A DNA stretch of 39,485 nucleotides from a virus. Taxonomy: Duplodnaviria; Heunggongvirae; Uroviricota; Caudoviricetes. Location: IMG/VR virus record IMGVR_UViG_2802429241_000009; one strand, given 5' to 3'. The position numbers and the translations under genes were made by a program. A model generated the notes under the pieces. That model was not told the origin of the DNA. It saw only the letters and a program-made list of their open reading frames with translations, and searched no databases. Within the stretch, counting starts at the first letter, position 1. Each line of letters opens with the position of its first letter. Shown one piece after another: positions 26,016 through 33,935 of the stretch.

Positions 26016-27814
26016 GTTACTTTGGCCTTAATCCAGTAAACCAGAATCAGCAGCTTGACGAAGCAGCATCAAATCCAGCTGGCTTTAACAGCGATGTTGG
26101 TTTTTTCGACAATGCTGTAGGAGCGGCATTGTCTGGTTTGTACTCCGGGCTGGTGGCAAAGCCAGATCAGTTGCTATGGGCAGGGATGGATAAAATCGTA
26201 TCCCCGATTGCTCAGTTTGTTAACGAAAACACCTCGCTCAATGACACTTCAGTTTCATACATTGCTGAGCAGAGAAAACTAGCAGAGCAGCAGGTTAAGC
26301 GGCTGACGCCTGATGCCGCGACAACCGGAACCGCCGGGCAGGTTCTTTATGGGTTGTTCGATATGGGCGGGCAGGCTGTTGTCGGTACAACGCTCGGTGG
26401 TCCTGTCGGAGGTGCAGCGGCGGTAACTTCGCTACAGGGTTTTTCTGAGTTTGAACGGCTGACAGCACAGGGTGTTGATTTCAGGACGGCGCAGGAAGCG
26501 GGATTAGTGCAGGGCATTACTGCTGGTGCCGGAACACTGATCCCTATGAGCCTCGGGTTACGTGCTGGTGGTGCGCTGGCGGAAGGTGTGGCGGCTCAGC
26601 TTGCGCGGACGGGTGAGAGTTCAGTGCGACGCGCCGCAGCAACAGCAGTACGTGCAACGCCAGATATTGCCTATGCCGCAGGTACAAATATTGCGTTCGG
26701 TATGGCACAGCGTGGGCTTACTGCAAAAACGCTTCGTGATGGTGGCTATAGCGAAATGGCTAACCAGTATGATGTGTTGGATCGACAGGCAATTGCTATT
26801 GATGCTGTTCTTGGGGTGGCGTTTGGTGGTGTCGGCAGATTTATTAACTCTCGCGGCGAGTCTACAAGCGCACCAAATTTTTCACCAGTTGATATCGATG
26901 CTGCACTGGCGGCGAATGCCGCTCATCATGCTGAAATTGATATTGCTCCCGGCGTTCCGATCAACGTGCTTTCGCGTAATTCGCACATTCAGGCTCTGCG
27001 AAAAGCCATGTCTGATGTTAGCCAGGGGAGACCTGTAGACGTTGCCAGCATTGTTGAGTCTGCATCTTTCAGTGAAATTCCTGGGCGCAAGAGTCTGCTG
27101 TCTCAGGCAGTTAATGAGGCTCTGTCATCTGTAGATGATGGAGTAACGGCGCGCGCTATAGAAAATCGGTTGCTTGAAGAACAGGCCGCGCAGCTTTTGC
27201 CGCGTGGCGATAGACAGGTTTACCAGTCTGAAATCGCTAATAGCCAACGAATTATTGAAAATCTCACTGAACAGCGCGCACAAATTCTTGCAGAAGAGCC
27301 AACCGGTAGCGGTAAGGCTTTATCTCGTGCTCGATCAGATAAACAGGCCAGACTTCGCGATATTGACCAACGAATCCGGCAGGCACAAGAACGCCTGGAA
27401 TTTTCTCGTAACGCGTTTGCACCGCATGAGCCTGGCGGTCAGTTTTTTGAAGCTCGAGCAGAACTGGCTCGGAGACAGCAGGCAGAAAGTGAACTTAATG
27501 CTCAGGCTGTTTCATTCTATAAAACAGCAGAGGTCAGGACGCCAGACGAAGTAGCTCCTTTTGAGCCTGATAAAATATTGCAACAGGCAGAACAAAAAAT
27601 GATGTCAGATCAGGCAGGAGATATTGATCTGCGCATAGCTGAAGACTCGCTGCTTGAATCACCTGACATGATAATCACCGTGCTGGATGATGATGGTAAT
27701 CCACAATCGCGCAGTGCGCGTGAAGTACTGGATGAAGCGAACAGGGAAAGTGAGCAGGCAATACAGGATTCCAGCCTGTTTGATGTCGCTGTGGCGTGTT
27801 TCTTGAGAGGTTAA
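26012..27814 (+). CDS. Internal virion / ejection protein
   Basis: 600 aa; ATGA overlap with the upstream gene. Confidence 0.55.
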   Translation: MSYFGLNPVNQNQQLDEAASNPAGFNSDVGFFDNAVGAALSGLYSGLVAKPDQLLWAGMDKIVSPIAQFVNENTSLNDTSVSYIAEQRKLAEQQVKRLTPDAATTGTAGQVLYGLFDMGGQAVVGTTLGGPVGGAAAVTSLQGFSEFERLTAQGVDFRTAQEAGLVQGITAGAGTLIPMSLGLRAGGALAEGVAAQLARTGESSVRRAAATAVRATPDIAYAAGTNIAFGMAQRGLTAKTLRDGGYSEMANQYDVLDRQAIAIDAVLGVAFGGVGRFINSRGESTSAPNFSPVDIDAALAANAAHHAEIDIAPGVPINVLSRNSHIQALRKAMSDVSQGRPVDVASIVESASFSEIPGRKSLLSQAVNEALSSVDDGVTARAIENRLLEEQAAQLLPRGDRQVYQSEIANSQRIIENLTEQRAQILAEEPTGSGKALSRARSDKQARLRDIDQRIRQAQERLEFSRNAFAPHEPGGQFFEARAELARRQQAESELNAQAVSFYKTAEVRTPDEVAPFEPDKILQQAEQKMMSDQAGDIDLRIAEDSLLESPDMIITVLDDDGNPQSRSAREVLDEANRESEQAIQDSSLFDVAVACFLRG

Positions 27815-27819
27815 ATTAA

Positions 27820-30294
27820 ATGAGACAGGAATGTATACAAGCGGTCCAGCAGGCGGCGCAGCGCACGTTAACGGCGCGAGAAATACAGAACATTGAAGAC
27901 CGCATTTATCGCAATATGCGCTCCATTGCTCGTGATGACCCTATGTCGTGGCGACAACTTTCCGAGTCAGAGCGGCTGTATCGTGCAGCACAATTGGCAT
28001 CTGAAGAATTACAGCGAGAAGCGGCATTAAAGAAACGTCGTGTGGCTCTCACTATAGCCGCACGTCAGAGATTGGATAAATTTATCAATAGCTATCAAGG
28101 GGCTGATGGGAAACTTGGCGCTCTTAACCGTACTATTGCTTTTAATGCAGACGGTAAATCGAATTTCCTCTCTGTTGAGTCCAGAACAAAAGCCACTCGT
28201 GATTATGCATTGAGTCAATTGCAGGAGGCATTCGAAGCAGTTGATCCTCGCTTTTTTGGCCTGTTTGAAGATGAAGCGGGCGTGCGTGACCTGGTATATG
28301 AAATGCGAGGGCAAAATACTGGCAATGCTAAAGCAAGAAAAGGTGCTAAGGCGTGGAGAGAAGTGACAGATCTACTCCGCCGCCGGTTTAATGATGCTGG
28401 TGGGGACATTGGCTATCTCGAAAACTGGGGGATCCCTCAACATCATTCTATGGAAAAGGTTGGGGCGGTATCAAAGGATAAGTGGGTTAGCGATGTTATA
28501 GGTAAGCTGGATCGCAAATATTATATCCGAGCCGATGGACAACTGATGAATGATGCCGAGTTGTCTGCATTTCTTGGAGAGGCTTATAACACGATCGCTA
28601 CTGGTGGGCTGAATAAGCTTACTGATACCGGAATGCGAATTTCCGGCGCACGTGCTAACCGTGGTAATGCATCACGACAGATACATTTCAAAGATGCAGA
28701 TTCCTATCTCCAATATCAACAACTTTATGGCGATCGCTCTCTATGGGAAATCATGGTCGGTCACCTGGAAGGGATCAGTAAAGATATTGCTCTGGTGGAA
28801 ACATATGGCCCAAACCCCGATCATGTTTTCCGTTCCCTTCTTGATCAGGTGAAGGCTGAAACGGCAACAGCTAACCCGAGTAAAACCGGTAGCGTTGAGC
28901 GGCTGGCGAACAAAACAGAGAACCTGTACAACTTTATTTCCGGAAAGACACAGCCTGTAGCTAATCCGCACATCGCGCGATGGTCTGACAATATCCGCAA
29001 CTGGCTGGTTGCCAGCAGACTCGGATCCGCGTTGCTGTCATCGTTCTCTGATCTTGGAACCATGTATCTGTCTGCGAAGGTTACCAACCTTCCAATGAAC
29101 CAGTTATTCCGCAACCAGCTTGAAGCTATGGACCCAACGAACCGTACTGAGCTTGCGCGGGCGCGCCGAGCTGGTCTGGCGATGGAATCTCTACTTGGCA
29201 GCGTTAACCGCTGGGCGATGGATAATATGGGGCCGTCTGTGTCTCGTTGGGCGGCAACGGCGGTAATGCGTGCCAGTGGGCTTACAGCATGGTCAGATGC
29301 GCACAAGCGCGCCTATGGCGTAACTATGATGGGAAGCCTGGGAGAAGTAGTGTCACGGACACCAGACCTTCGTAGCCTCGATGACTCTGATTTTCGTATC
29401 CTGAAAAGCAAAGGGATTACTGACACAGACTGGAGCGTATGGAAGCTGGCGCAACAGGAGGACTGGGGGAACGGTAATAATACGATGCTGACACCGGAAA
29501 GCATTATGCGTATCCCTGATTCAGCAGTTAAACATCTTGGTGAGCCTGAACGTGTGAAATTTGAGGCAATGCGTAAACTGCTCGGTGCCGTAACTGAAGA
29601 AGTTGATATGGCTGTTATTACACCGGGCGCACGTGAACAGATGTTCGTAGGGTCTGGTCTTCAGCGTGGAACATGGAAAGGTGAATTAACGAGAAGTGTT
29701 TTCCTGTTTAAATCGTTCCCTATCTCGGTAGTTATGCGTCACTGGCATAGAGCTATGGGGATGCCGTCTGCTGGTGGGCGTGCGGCATATATAGCAACGT
29801 TTTTAGCAAGCACAACCATGCTTGGTGCTCTTTCCATGCAGATTACTGATCTTATTAATGGGAGAAATCCAAAAGAAATGACCGGTGACAACATGGTTAA
29901 ATTCTGGATAAATGCATTTTTAAAAGGTGGTGGGGCAGGGTTGTATGGTGATTTTCTTTTCTCTGACCACACCAGGTACGGGAGCGGCGCACTAGCGTCG
30001 ATGCTTGGCCCGGTAGCTGGTCTGGTTGATGACGTAGTGAAGATTGCTCAGGGCATACCGTTAAATGCTGTGGAAGGGAAGAATGAGCAGACTGGTGGTG
30101 ATCTGGTTAAGCTTGGGAAAGGTTTGATGCCTGGTGCGAATCTCTGGTACTTGAAGGCGGCTCTCGATCACATGATCTTTAACCAGATGCAGGAGTATTT
30201 TTCACCAGGCTATTTGCGTAAAATGGAGCAACGTTCGAAGAAAGAGTTTAATCAGACATACTGGTGGCGACCTCAGGATGTCACTCCGCAATAA
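27820..30294 (+). CDS. Internal virion / ejection protein (T7 gp16-like position)
   Basis: 824 aa; GAGAGG SD. Confidence 0.55.
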   Translation: MRQECIQAVQQAAQRTLTAREIQNIEDRIYRNMRSIARDDPMSWRQLSESERLYRAAQLASEELQREAALKKRRVALTIAARQRLDKFINSYQGADGKLGALNRTIAFNADGKSNFLSVESRTKATRDYALSQLQEAFEAVDPRFFGLFEDEAGVRDLVYEMRGQNTGNAKARKGAKAWREVTDLLRRRFNDAGGDIGYLENWGIPQHHSMEKVGAVSKDKWVSDVIGKLDRKYYIRADGQLMNDAELSAFLGEAYNTIATGGLNKLTDTGMRISGARANRGNASRQIHFKDADSYLQYQQLYGDRSLWEIMVGHLEGISKDIALVETYGPNPDHVFRSLLDQVKAETATANPSKTGSVERLANKTENLYNFISGKTQPVANPHIARWSDNIRNWLVASRLGSALLSSFSDLGTMYLSAKVTNLPMNQLFRNQLEAMDPTNRTELARARRAGLAMESLLGSVNRWAMDNMGPSVSRWAATAVMRASGLTAWSDAHKRAYGVTMMGSLGEVVSRTPDLRSLDDSDFRILKSKGITDTDWSVWKLAQQEDWGNGNNTMLTPESIMRIPDSAVKHLGEPERVKFEAMRKLLGAVTEEVDMAVITPGAREQMFVGSGLQRGTWKGELTRSVFLFKSFPISVVMRHWHRAMGMPSAGGRAAYIATFLASTTMLGALSMQITDLINGRNPKEMTGDNMVKFWINAFLKGGGAGLYGDFLFSDHTRYGSGALASMLGPVAGLVDDVVKIAQGIPLNAVEGKNEQTGGDLVKLGKGLMPGANLWYLKAALDHMIFNQMQEYFSPGYLRKMEQRSKKEFNQTYWWRPQDVTPQ

Positions 30295-30303
30295 GGAAGT
30301 GTT

Positions 30304-30477
30304 GTGTTTTTAATTATTTTGAGTGTGATAATTTCTGGTGGGTTGTTATTTATTGACCGCTACAAATATTTTCTTAACCCTCAGACTCAAGCTATTTGCT
30401 GGTTCATCTTTGTTGTGCAGGGAATAGTTCTTGTTGCAAGCCTTATTGAGGGGAGGCCTCTGATTTTTACTGGGTAA
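30304..30477 (+). CDS. Small hydrophobic membrane protein (57 aa, two predicted TM segments)
   Basis: Not in the ORF track; GTG start after AAGGAAG; VFLIILSVIISGGLLFI and ICWFIFVVQGIVLVASLI hydrophobic stretches. Confidence 0.3.
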   Translation: MFLIILSVIISGGLLFIDRYKYFLNPQTQAICWFIFVVQGIVLVASLIEGRPLIFTG

Positions 30478-30489
30478 ATAGGTGACTAC

Positions 30490-30786
30490 ATGCAAGCGAT
30501 AGGATTCATTGTTTATATCGTCGTTGGCCTTTTTCAGTTGGCAGCAATTATGGCTGGGCTTGAATCAAGGTGGGGATTGCACTGGATAATTGCAGCCCCC
30601 ATTGCTTTCATCGTGAGCTATATTCCATTTGTTGGAGCGATTGTTGGTATGGTTGGTGCTGTGGATGTATGGCGGTGGGAGTGGTGGCAGGCTGGCCTTC
30701 TCTTCTTTGGTGGGATCATCTTTGCTATTGTCTGCGGTGGAATGTCATCATTTTTCGAACGGCTATCATTCAGAAAAGGAACGTGA
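30490..30786 (+). CDS. Small integral membrane protein (98 aa, about 3 TM segments)
   Basis: Strongly hydrophobic ORF; GGTGA SD; followed by a hairpin plus T-run terminator. Confidence 0.5.
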   Translation: MQAIGFIVYIVVGLFQLAAIMAGLESRWGLHWIIAAPIAFIVSYIPFVGAIVGMVGAVDVWRWEWWQAGLLFFGGIIFAIVCGGMSSFFERLSFRKGT

Positions 30787-30794
30787 CATGTCAC

Positions 30795-30819
30795 AGGCCG
30801 CTTTCGCGGCCTTGTTTTT
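30795..30819 (+). terminator. Intrinsic terminator after the 98-aa membrane protein gene
   Basis: AGGCCGC-TTTC-GCGGCCT followed by TGTTTTTA; lies between convergent genes. Confidence 0.65.
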
Positions 30820-30979
30820 AACGAATGCCACCGCCACCCGGGCGGGAATCCGCAGAACGCCCACCGCAGCGGGAGCCGTCAGCGGCAGTATCGCTGTCGT
30901 GCTGACAACGACCGGCAAAAGCCTGAGTTGAAGCTACCAGAGACAACAAAACGAACAGTGCAGCAAATGCTTTTTTCAT
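30818..30979 (-). CDS. Signal-peptide microprotein (53 aa; mature peptide about 31 aa with 2 Cys)
   Basis: MKKAFAALFVLLSLVASTQAFA looks like a Sec signal peptide with an AFA cleavage site; convergent with the upstream + gene; competing + ORF 30788..30931 crosses the terminator. Confidence 0.35.
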   Translation of the reverse strand: MKKAFAALFVLLSLVASTQAFAGRCQHDSDTAADGSRCGGRSADSRPGGGGIR

Positions 30980-31051
30980 TGTGAAATTTCCATCCATAAG
31001 CCACCTCAATGTGGCGTCAATGAGTGTAGCACTGACTTTTGTTTCGTCCAC

Positions 31052-31074
31052 AAAAAAAGCCCGCAGCGCTGGCT
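31052..31074 (-). terminator. Intrinsic terminator at the 3' end of the 179-aa membrane protein gene
   Basis: Minus-strand imperfect hairpin overlapping the stop codon followed by TTTTTTTG. Confidence 0.5.
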
Positions 31075-31613
31075 TACCAAAACTTGTACCACGGGGATTT
31101 ATCCTTCAATGGGCAATCCTTCCATCGTGTGGCCAACCATTCATATTCTTTAAAATATGTGTTTATGTTTTCTTTTTCTCTAATGGCTTGTATAAGAGGT
31201 AGCGCAATCTGATAGTTATTTACAACGGAGCTGTAAAATACTTCCTTAATCATGGTCTCATCATAAGTTTTCCGCTTCACGCTCACAGCCATGCGTTCGT
31301 AGAAACCTAGACAGTAAATTATTTCTCTCTTCTCTGTCTTTTCTTCATCCGTAAGATCAGCCTGCCCATTGCTTGGATACATATAAGAGCGGAATGATTT
31401 GTTCGATTCGTGAATGCGGCGCATAGTAGATAGGCCTTTCTTATAATCTACATCAAACCTGCTTTCACCAAGGAATACTGAAGTGTGTACTTTTCTCGCT
31501 GTATTTACATTATAAATAATAGTAGCGATAGCTATGAACAAGCCAAGCGAAACCGCGACTGCACTTACGATTTGAGCCACAGCCATGGCAAATTGCATTT
31601 CTTCACTTAACAC
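31074..31613 (-). CDS. Membrane-anchored hypothetical protein (179 aa), AT-rich gene; candidate superinfection-exclusion or defence protein
   Basis: GTG start after GGAGA; N-terminal TM (AMAVAQIVSAVAVSLGLFIAIATIIY); visibly lower GC than neighbours; hairpin/U-run structures at both ends. Confidence 0.55.
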   Translation of the reverse strand: MLSEEMQFAMAVAQIVSAVAVSLGLFIAIATIIYNVNTARKVHTSVFLGESRFDVDYKKGLSTMRRIHESNKSFRSYMYPSNGQADLTDEEKTEKREIIYCLGFYERMAVSVKRKTYDETMIKEVFYSSVVNNYQIALPLIQAIREKENINTYFKEYEWLATRWKDCPLKDKSPWYKFW

Positions 31614-31630
31614 AAACTGTCTCCAGACAT

Positions 31631-31653
31631 GAAAACGGGGCCTAATGGCCCCG
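31631..31653 (-). terminator. Hairpin plus short U-run between the antirepressor gene and the 179-aa gene (terminator or attenuator)
   Basis: Minus-strand CGGGGCC-ATTA-GGCCCCG followed by TTTTC, ending about 20 nt before the GTG start of the 179-aa gene. Confidence 0.45.
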
Positions 31654-31822
31654 TCATTAAACTATCCGAATGTTAAACGCCTTCGTACTCGTCAAATTTT
31701 CTCATGTGGGCTCCTCCTGTATCGGTGCATAATCGCTATGGATCACCCGTGAGGTAATAGTAAGCTATTCACCTGCAATCTGTACAGAATTATTTAAAGG
31801 CACATCCCTGTGCCGCCGCTCG

Positions 31823-32509
31823 TCAGAAGAACCCTGCCTTGTCGTTGATGTACTCCGCGTGCGTCTGGATATCACGCAGGCATTTGCTCACACCGACGAT
31901 GTAGCAGAACATGGTGGTCAACTCCGCCGCCGCGCCCGATACGTCGTGCCCGTCTTCCTGTAACTGGTTCAGCAGATTCATCAGCAGTGAGTTCTCCGTC
32001 AGGCCGAGAACACCAGACGGCGAGTGAATCAGGCTGCGGTAGCCTGGCTTCAGCGGGGCGCTGTAGGTTTTGTTCTCTATCTTCATCGCCTGCATCACTG
32101 CTGACGCCGTGGCGTTGGCTACCTGGTCGGCAACCATCTTTATGCGTTCTTCCTGCGGGAGCGAGTTTTTAATGTAACTTCCGGTGCGGCGGATCTGAGG
32201 AAGAACCTCACCTGTAACCCATTTACGAAAGCGGTAGGGGATAGTGCCTGGTGTCACCGCATCGCGGCAGCGGAGGATCAGTGTGTAGAGGCCTGACTCG
32301 CTGATAATATTGGTTTCGCCTTGACGACCTAAGTTAAATTTAGCCCTTTCATCATCATCAAGAGATTTGATTGACATGGTGGGGTTTGTCAGTTGAAGAG
32401 CTTTAATAACGTCTTTGGCAACAAACCAAGGATTTCCATCAATAACAATGGCTCGAATGGTTGCTTCTGATTCAAAATGAAAAACAGATGGGGTTACGTT
32501 AGCAGTCAT
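31823..32509 (-). CDS. BRO-N domain antirepressor-like protein
   Basis: N-terminal SVFHFESEATIRAIVIDGNPWFVAKDVIKALQL resembles the BRO-N signature; AGGTG SD before the ATG; long structured leader upstream. Confidence 0.7.
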   Translation of the reverse strand: MTANVTPSVFHFESEATIRAIVIDGNPWFVAKDVIKALQLTNPTMSIKSLDDDERAKFNLGRQGETNIISESGLYTLILRCRDAVTPGTIPYRFRKWVTGEVLPQIRRTGSYIKNSLPQEERIKMVADQVANATASAVMQAMKIENKTYSAPLKPGYRSLIHSPSGVLGLTENSLLMNLLNQLQEDGHDVSGAAAELTTMFCYIVGVSKCLRDIQTHAEYINDKAGFF

Positions 32510-32667
32510 GGCAATCACCTTTTAGTATGGTTAATCACCACCTGAGGTGCAAATCTCGTTGGTGGTGAGACGTACAGGGTTTGCACTACCGGCTAAAAGG
32601 ACCCGGCGCACCTTTCGGTGCCCCTGCACGTCCCACCATAATTCTGGCATGACTGTGCTATACGCAT

Positions 32668-32690
32668 AAAAAAACCACGTCTGGCGTGGT
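32668..32690 (-). terminator. Intrinsic terminator inside the antirepressor upstream region (attenuator or 3' end of a short RNA)
   Basis: Minus-strand ACCACG-CCAGA-CGTGGT followed by TTTTTTTAT. Confidence 0.6.
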
Positions 32691-32750
32691 ATGCGCCTTT
32701 TAGTAATCCGGGGTGCAAATCCCGGCACTGGATTTTGCCAGTGCTCGATT

Positions 32751-32779
32751 ACTATGGCACAAGAGGAGTGCGATGTAAA
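32751..32779 (-). promoter_or_regulatory. Candidate leftward promoter of a short structured RNA / antirepressor leader
   Basis: Minus-strand -35 TTTACA (plus 32774..32779), 17-bp spacer, -10 CATAGT (plus 32751..32756); predicted start near 32744. Confidence 0.3.
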
Positions 32780-32780
32780 T

Positions 32781-32795
32781 TTACCGCAAAGGTAA
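32781..32795. promoter_or_regulatory. Operator-like palindrome TTACC-N5-GGTAA adjacent to a candidate leftward promoter of the antirepressor leader
   Basis: Exact; abuts the candidate -35 (TTTACA on the minus strand). Confidence 0.5.
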
Positions 32796-32873
32796 TGATA
32801 AACGCTGATAAATATAAAAATCAACCGTATTTGGTTGATTGCGTTTAACGCTTGATCACCTGAAAGCAAGATA

Positions 32874-32888
32874 TTACCTTTAAGGTAA
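32874..32888. promoter_or_regulatory. Operator-like palindrome TTACC-N5-GGTAA just upstream of the zinc-ribbon protein gene
   Basis: Exact; overlaps the alternative ATG at 32888. Confidence 0.5.
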
Positions 32889-32908
32889 TGTTATTGTGGG
32901 GAAAAGCA

Positions 32909-33637
32909 ATGGAAGTTTTCTGGATAGTTGTTGGTGTGGTTGCGGTGATTATTTACGTTATCAACCAGAACAAGACTAAGATCTCTGATCGTACGGTCGT
33001 TAATCATAACAAAACGATAAAGACCGAAGATGGGGAGATAACGATTAATCGTACACAGGTGATAGAACACACCTCTACTCAGTTTCAAAAAACTGGAGGT
33101 AATGCGCCTAATATTTCCGCACCTCCTGCTTATGATAGTGCGGTAATCCAGACATATTATAAACAGCAGGAGTTAGCAAAAGAGAGGCAACTGATTCAGC
33201 CAAAGCCGTTTACAGCTGAGCTTCCACCTGGAGTGTCAACGCGTCCGGCATATCATGGAAGATTCCCTGGTGATGACATATCGTCTCAGTCATCTAAAAA
33301 AGCACCTCAGGCAGTATCAGAGCCAGCAAGAATACCTTCTGTATCGCCGCCAAAAGAAGAATCAGCTAACAGAGTTTCAAGTGGTAGCAAGCAGTGCTTG
33401 CGATGCAGAATAAACCTTCCATATGAAAAATTCAGGAAATCGTCAAAAAATCCAGATGGATTGACTAAGTGGTGTGCAAGGTGTCTCGATGGCCCAAAGA
33501 ATACACGCCATATGAAGTGGTGCCCAATTTGTAATGTCCGCAGAAAACGAACCAGTTTTTACCCTAATAATCAAAATGCGGATGGCTTAATGGCATGGTG
33601 CAAAACGTGCTGGGACGAGCACAAAGCGAAACGATAG
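32909..33637 (+). CDS. Membrane-anchored protein with a tandem C-terminal zinc-ribbon-like repeat
   Basis: N-terminal TM (VFWIVVGVVAVIIYVI); Ser/Pro-rich linker; two repeats of C-x2-C-x(17-20)-DGL-x3-WC-x2-C; ATG at 32888 is an alternative start. Confidence 0.55.
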   Translation: MEVFWIVVGVVAVIIYVINQNKTKISDRTVVNHNKTIKTEDGEITINRTQVIEHTSTQFQKTGGNAPNISAPPAYDSAVIQTYYKQQELAKERQLIQPKPFTAELPPGVSTRPAYHGRFPGDDISSQSSKKAPQAVSEPARIPSVSPPKEESANRVSSGSKQCLRCRINLPYEKFRKSSKNPDGLTKWCARCLDGPKNTRHMKWCPICNVRRKRTSFYPNNQNADGLMAWCKTCWDEHKAKR

Positions 33638-33660
33638 GCCGCTCTTGCGGCCTTTTCTTT
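33637..33660 (+). terminator. Intrinsic terminator after the zinc-ribbon protein gene, between convergent genes
   Basis: GGCCGC-TCTT-GCGGCC followed by TTTTCTTT. Confidence 0.65.
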
Positions 33661-33916
33661 ATGTGGTTTGTTTTCGTAGTTGTTCGGCACAATAGTCGAG
33701 ATGTGTTTGCAGATCCTGCATAGACATCTGTGAGCTGGTGACGTAGTTAATCAGTGCAGTCAGTTCGGCAAGTGGGCCATCGACATTAAATCCATCCTTA
33801 TCGAGATCCCGGAGTAATTTCATCAAGTGCGATCCCTCCACCAGTGATCTGACGCCTCCCGGCGTGTGAATCCTTTCGGTAAATCCGTCTTCCAGTGGAT
33901 AGTGATACCGCTGCAT
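33659..33916 (-). CDS. Small antirepressor-domain protein (85 aa), putatively LexA-controlled
   Basis: Homologous by eye to the C-terminal about 80 aa of the BRO-N protein at 31823..32509 (shared IH.P.GV, LM.LL, DG..V.G..AELT, D.QTH..Y); GGAGAAG SD; LexA-box-like site 21 nt upstream. Confidence 0.55.
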   Translation of the reverse strand: MQRYHYPLEDGFTERIHTPGGVRSLVEGSHLMKLLRDLDKDGFNVDGPLAELTALINYVTSSQMSMQDLQTHLDYCAEQLRKQTT

Positions 33917-33935
33917 CTTATCTTCTCCATGTAAT

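Noticed and set aside
30629-30931. Plus-strand ORF (100 aa; internal start at 30788)
   Set aside because: It reads through the 30795..30819 terminator hairpin and is antisense to a textbook signal peptide on the other strand; the minus-strand microprotein is preferred, though neither is proven.
31780-31787. CTGTACAG palindrome between the 179-aa gene and the antirepressor gene
   Set aside because: It has the LexA half-sites CTGT and ACAG but no 8-bp spacer, so it is not a LexA box; the only convincing LexA-box-like site found is at 33936..33955.
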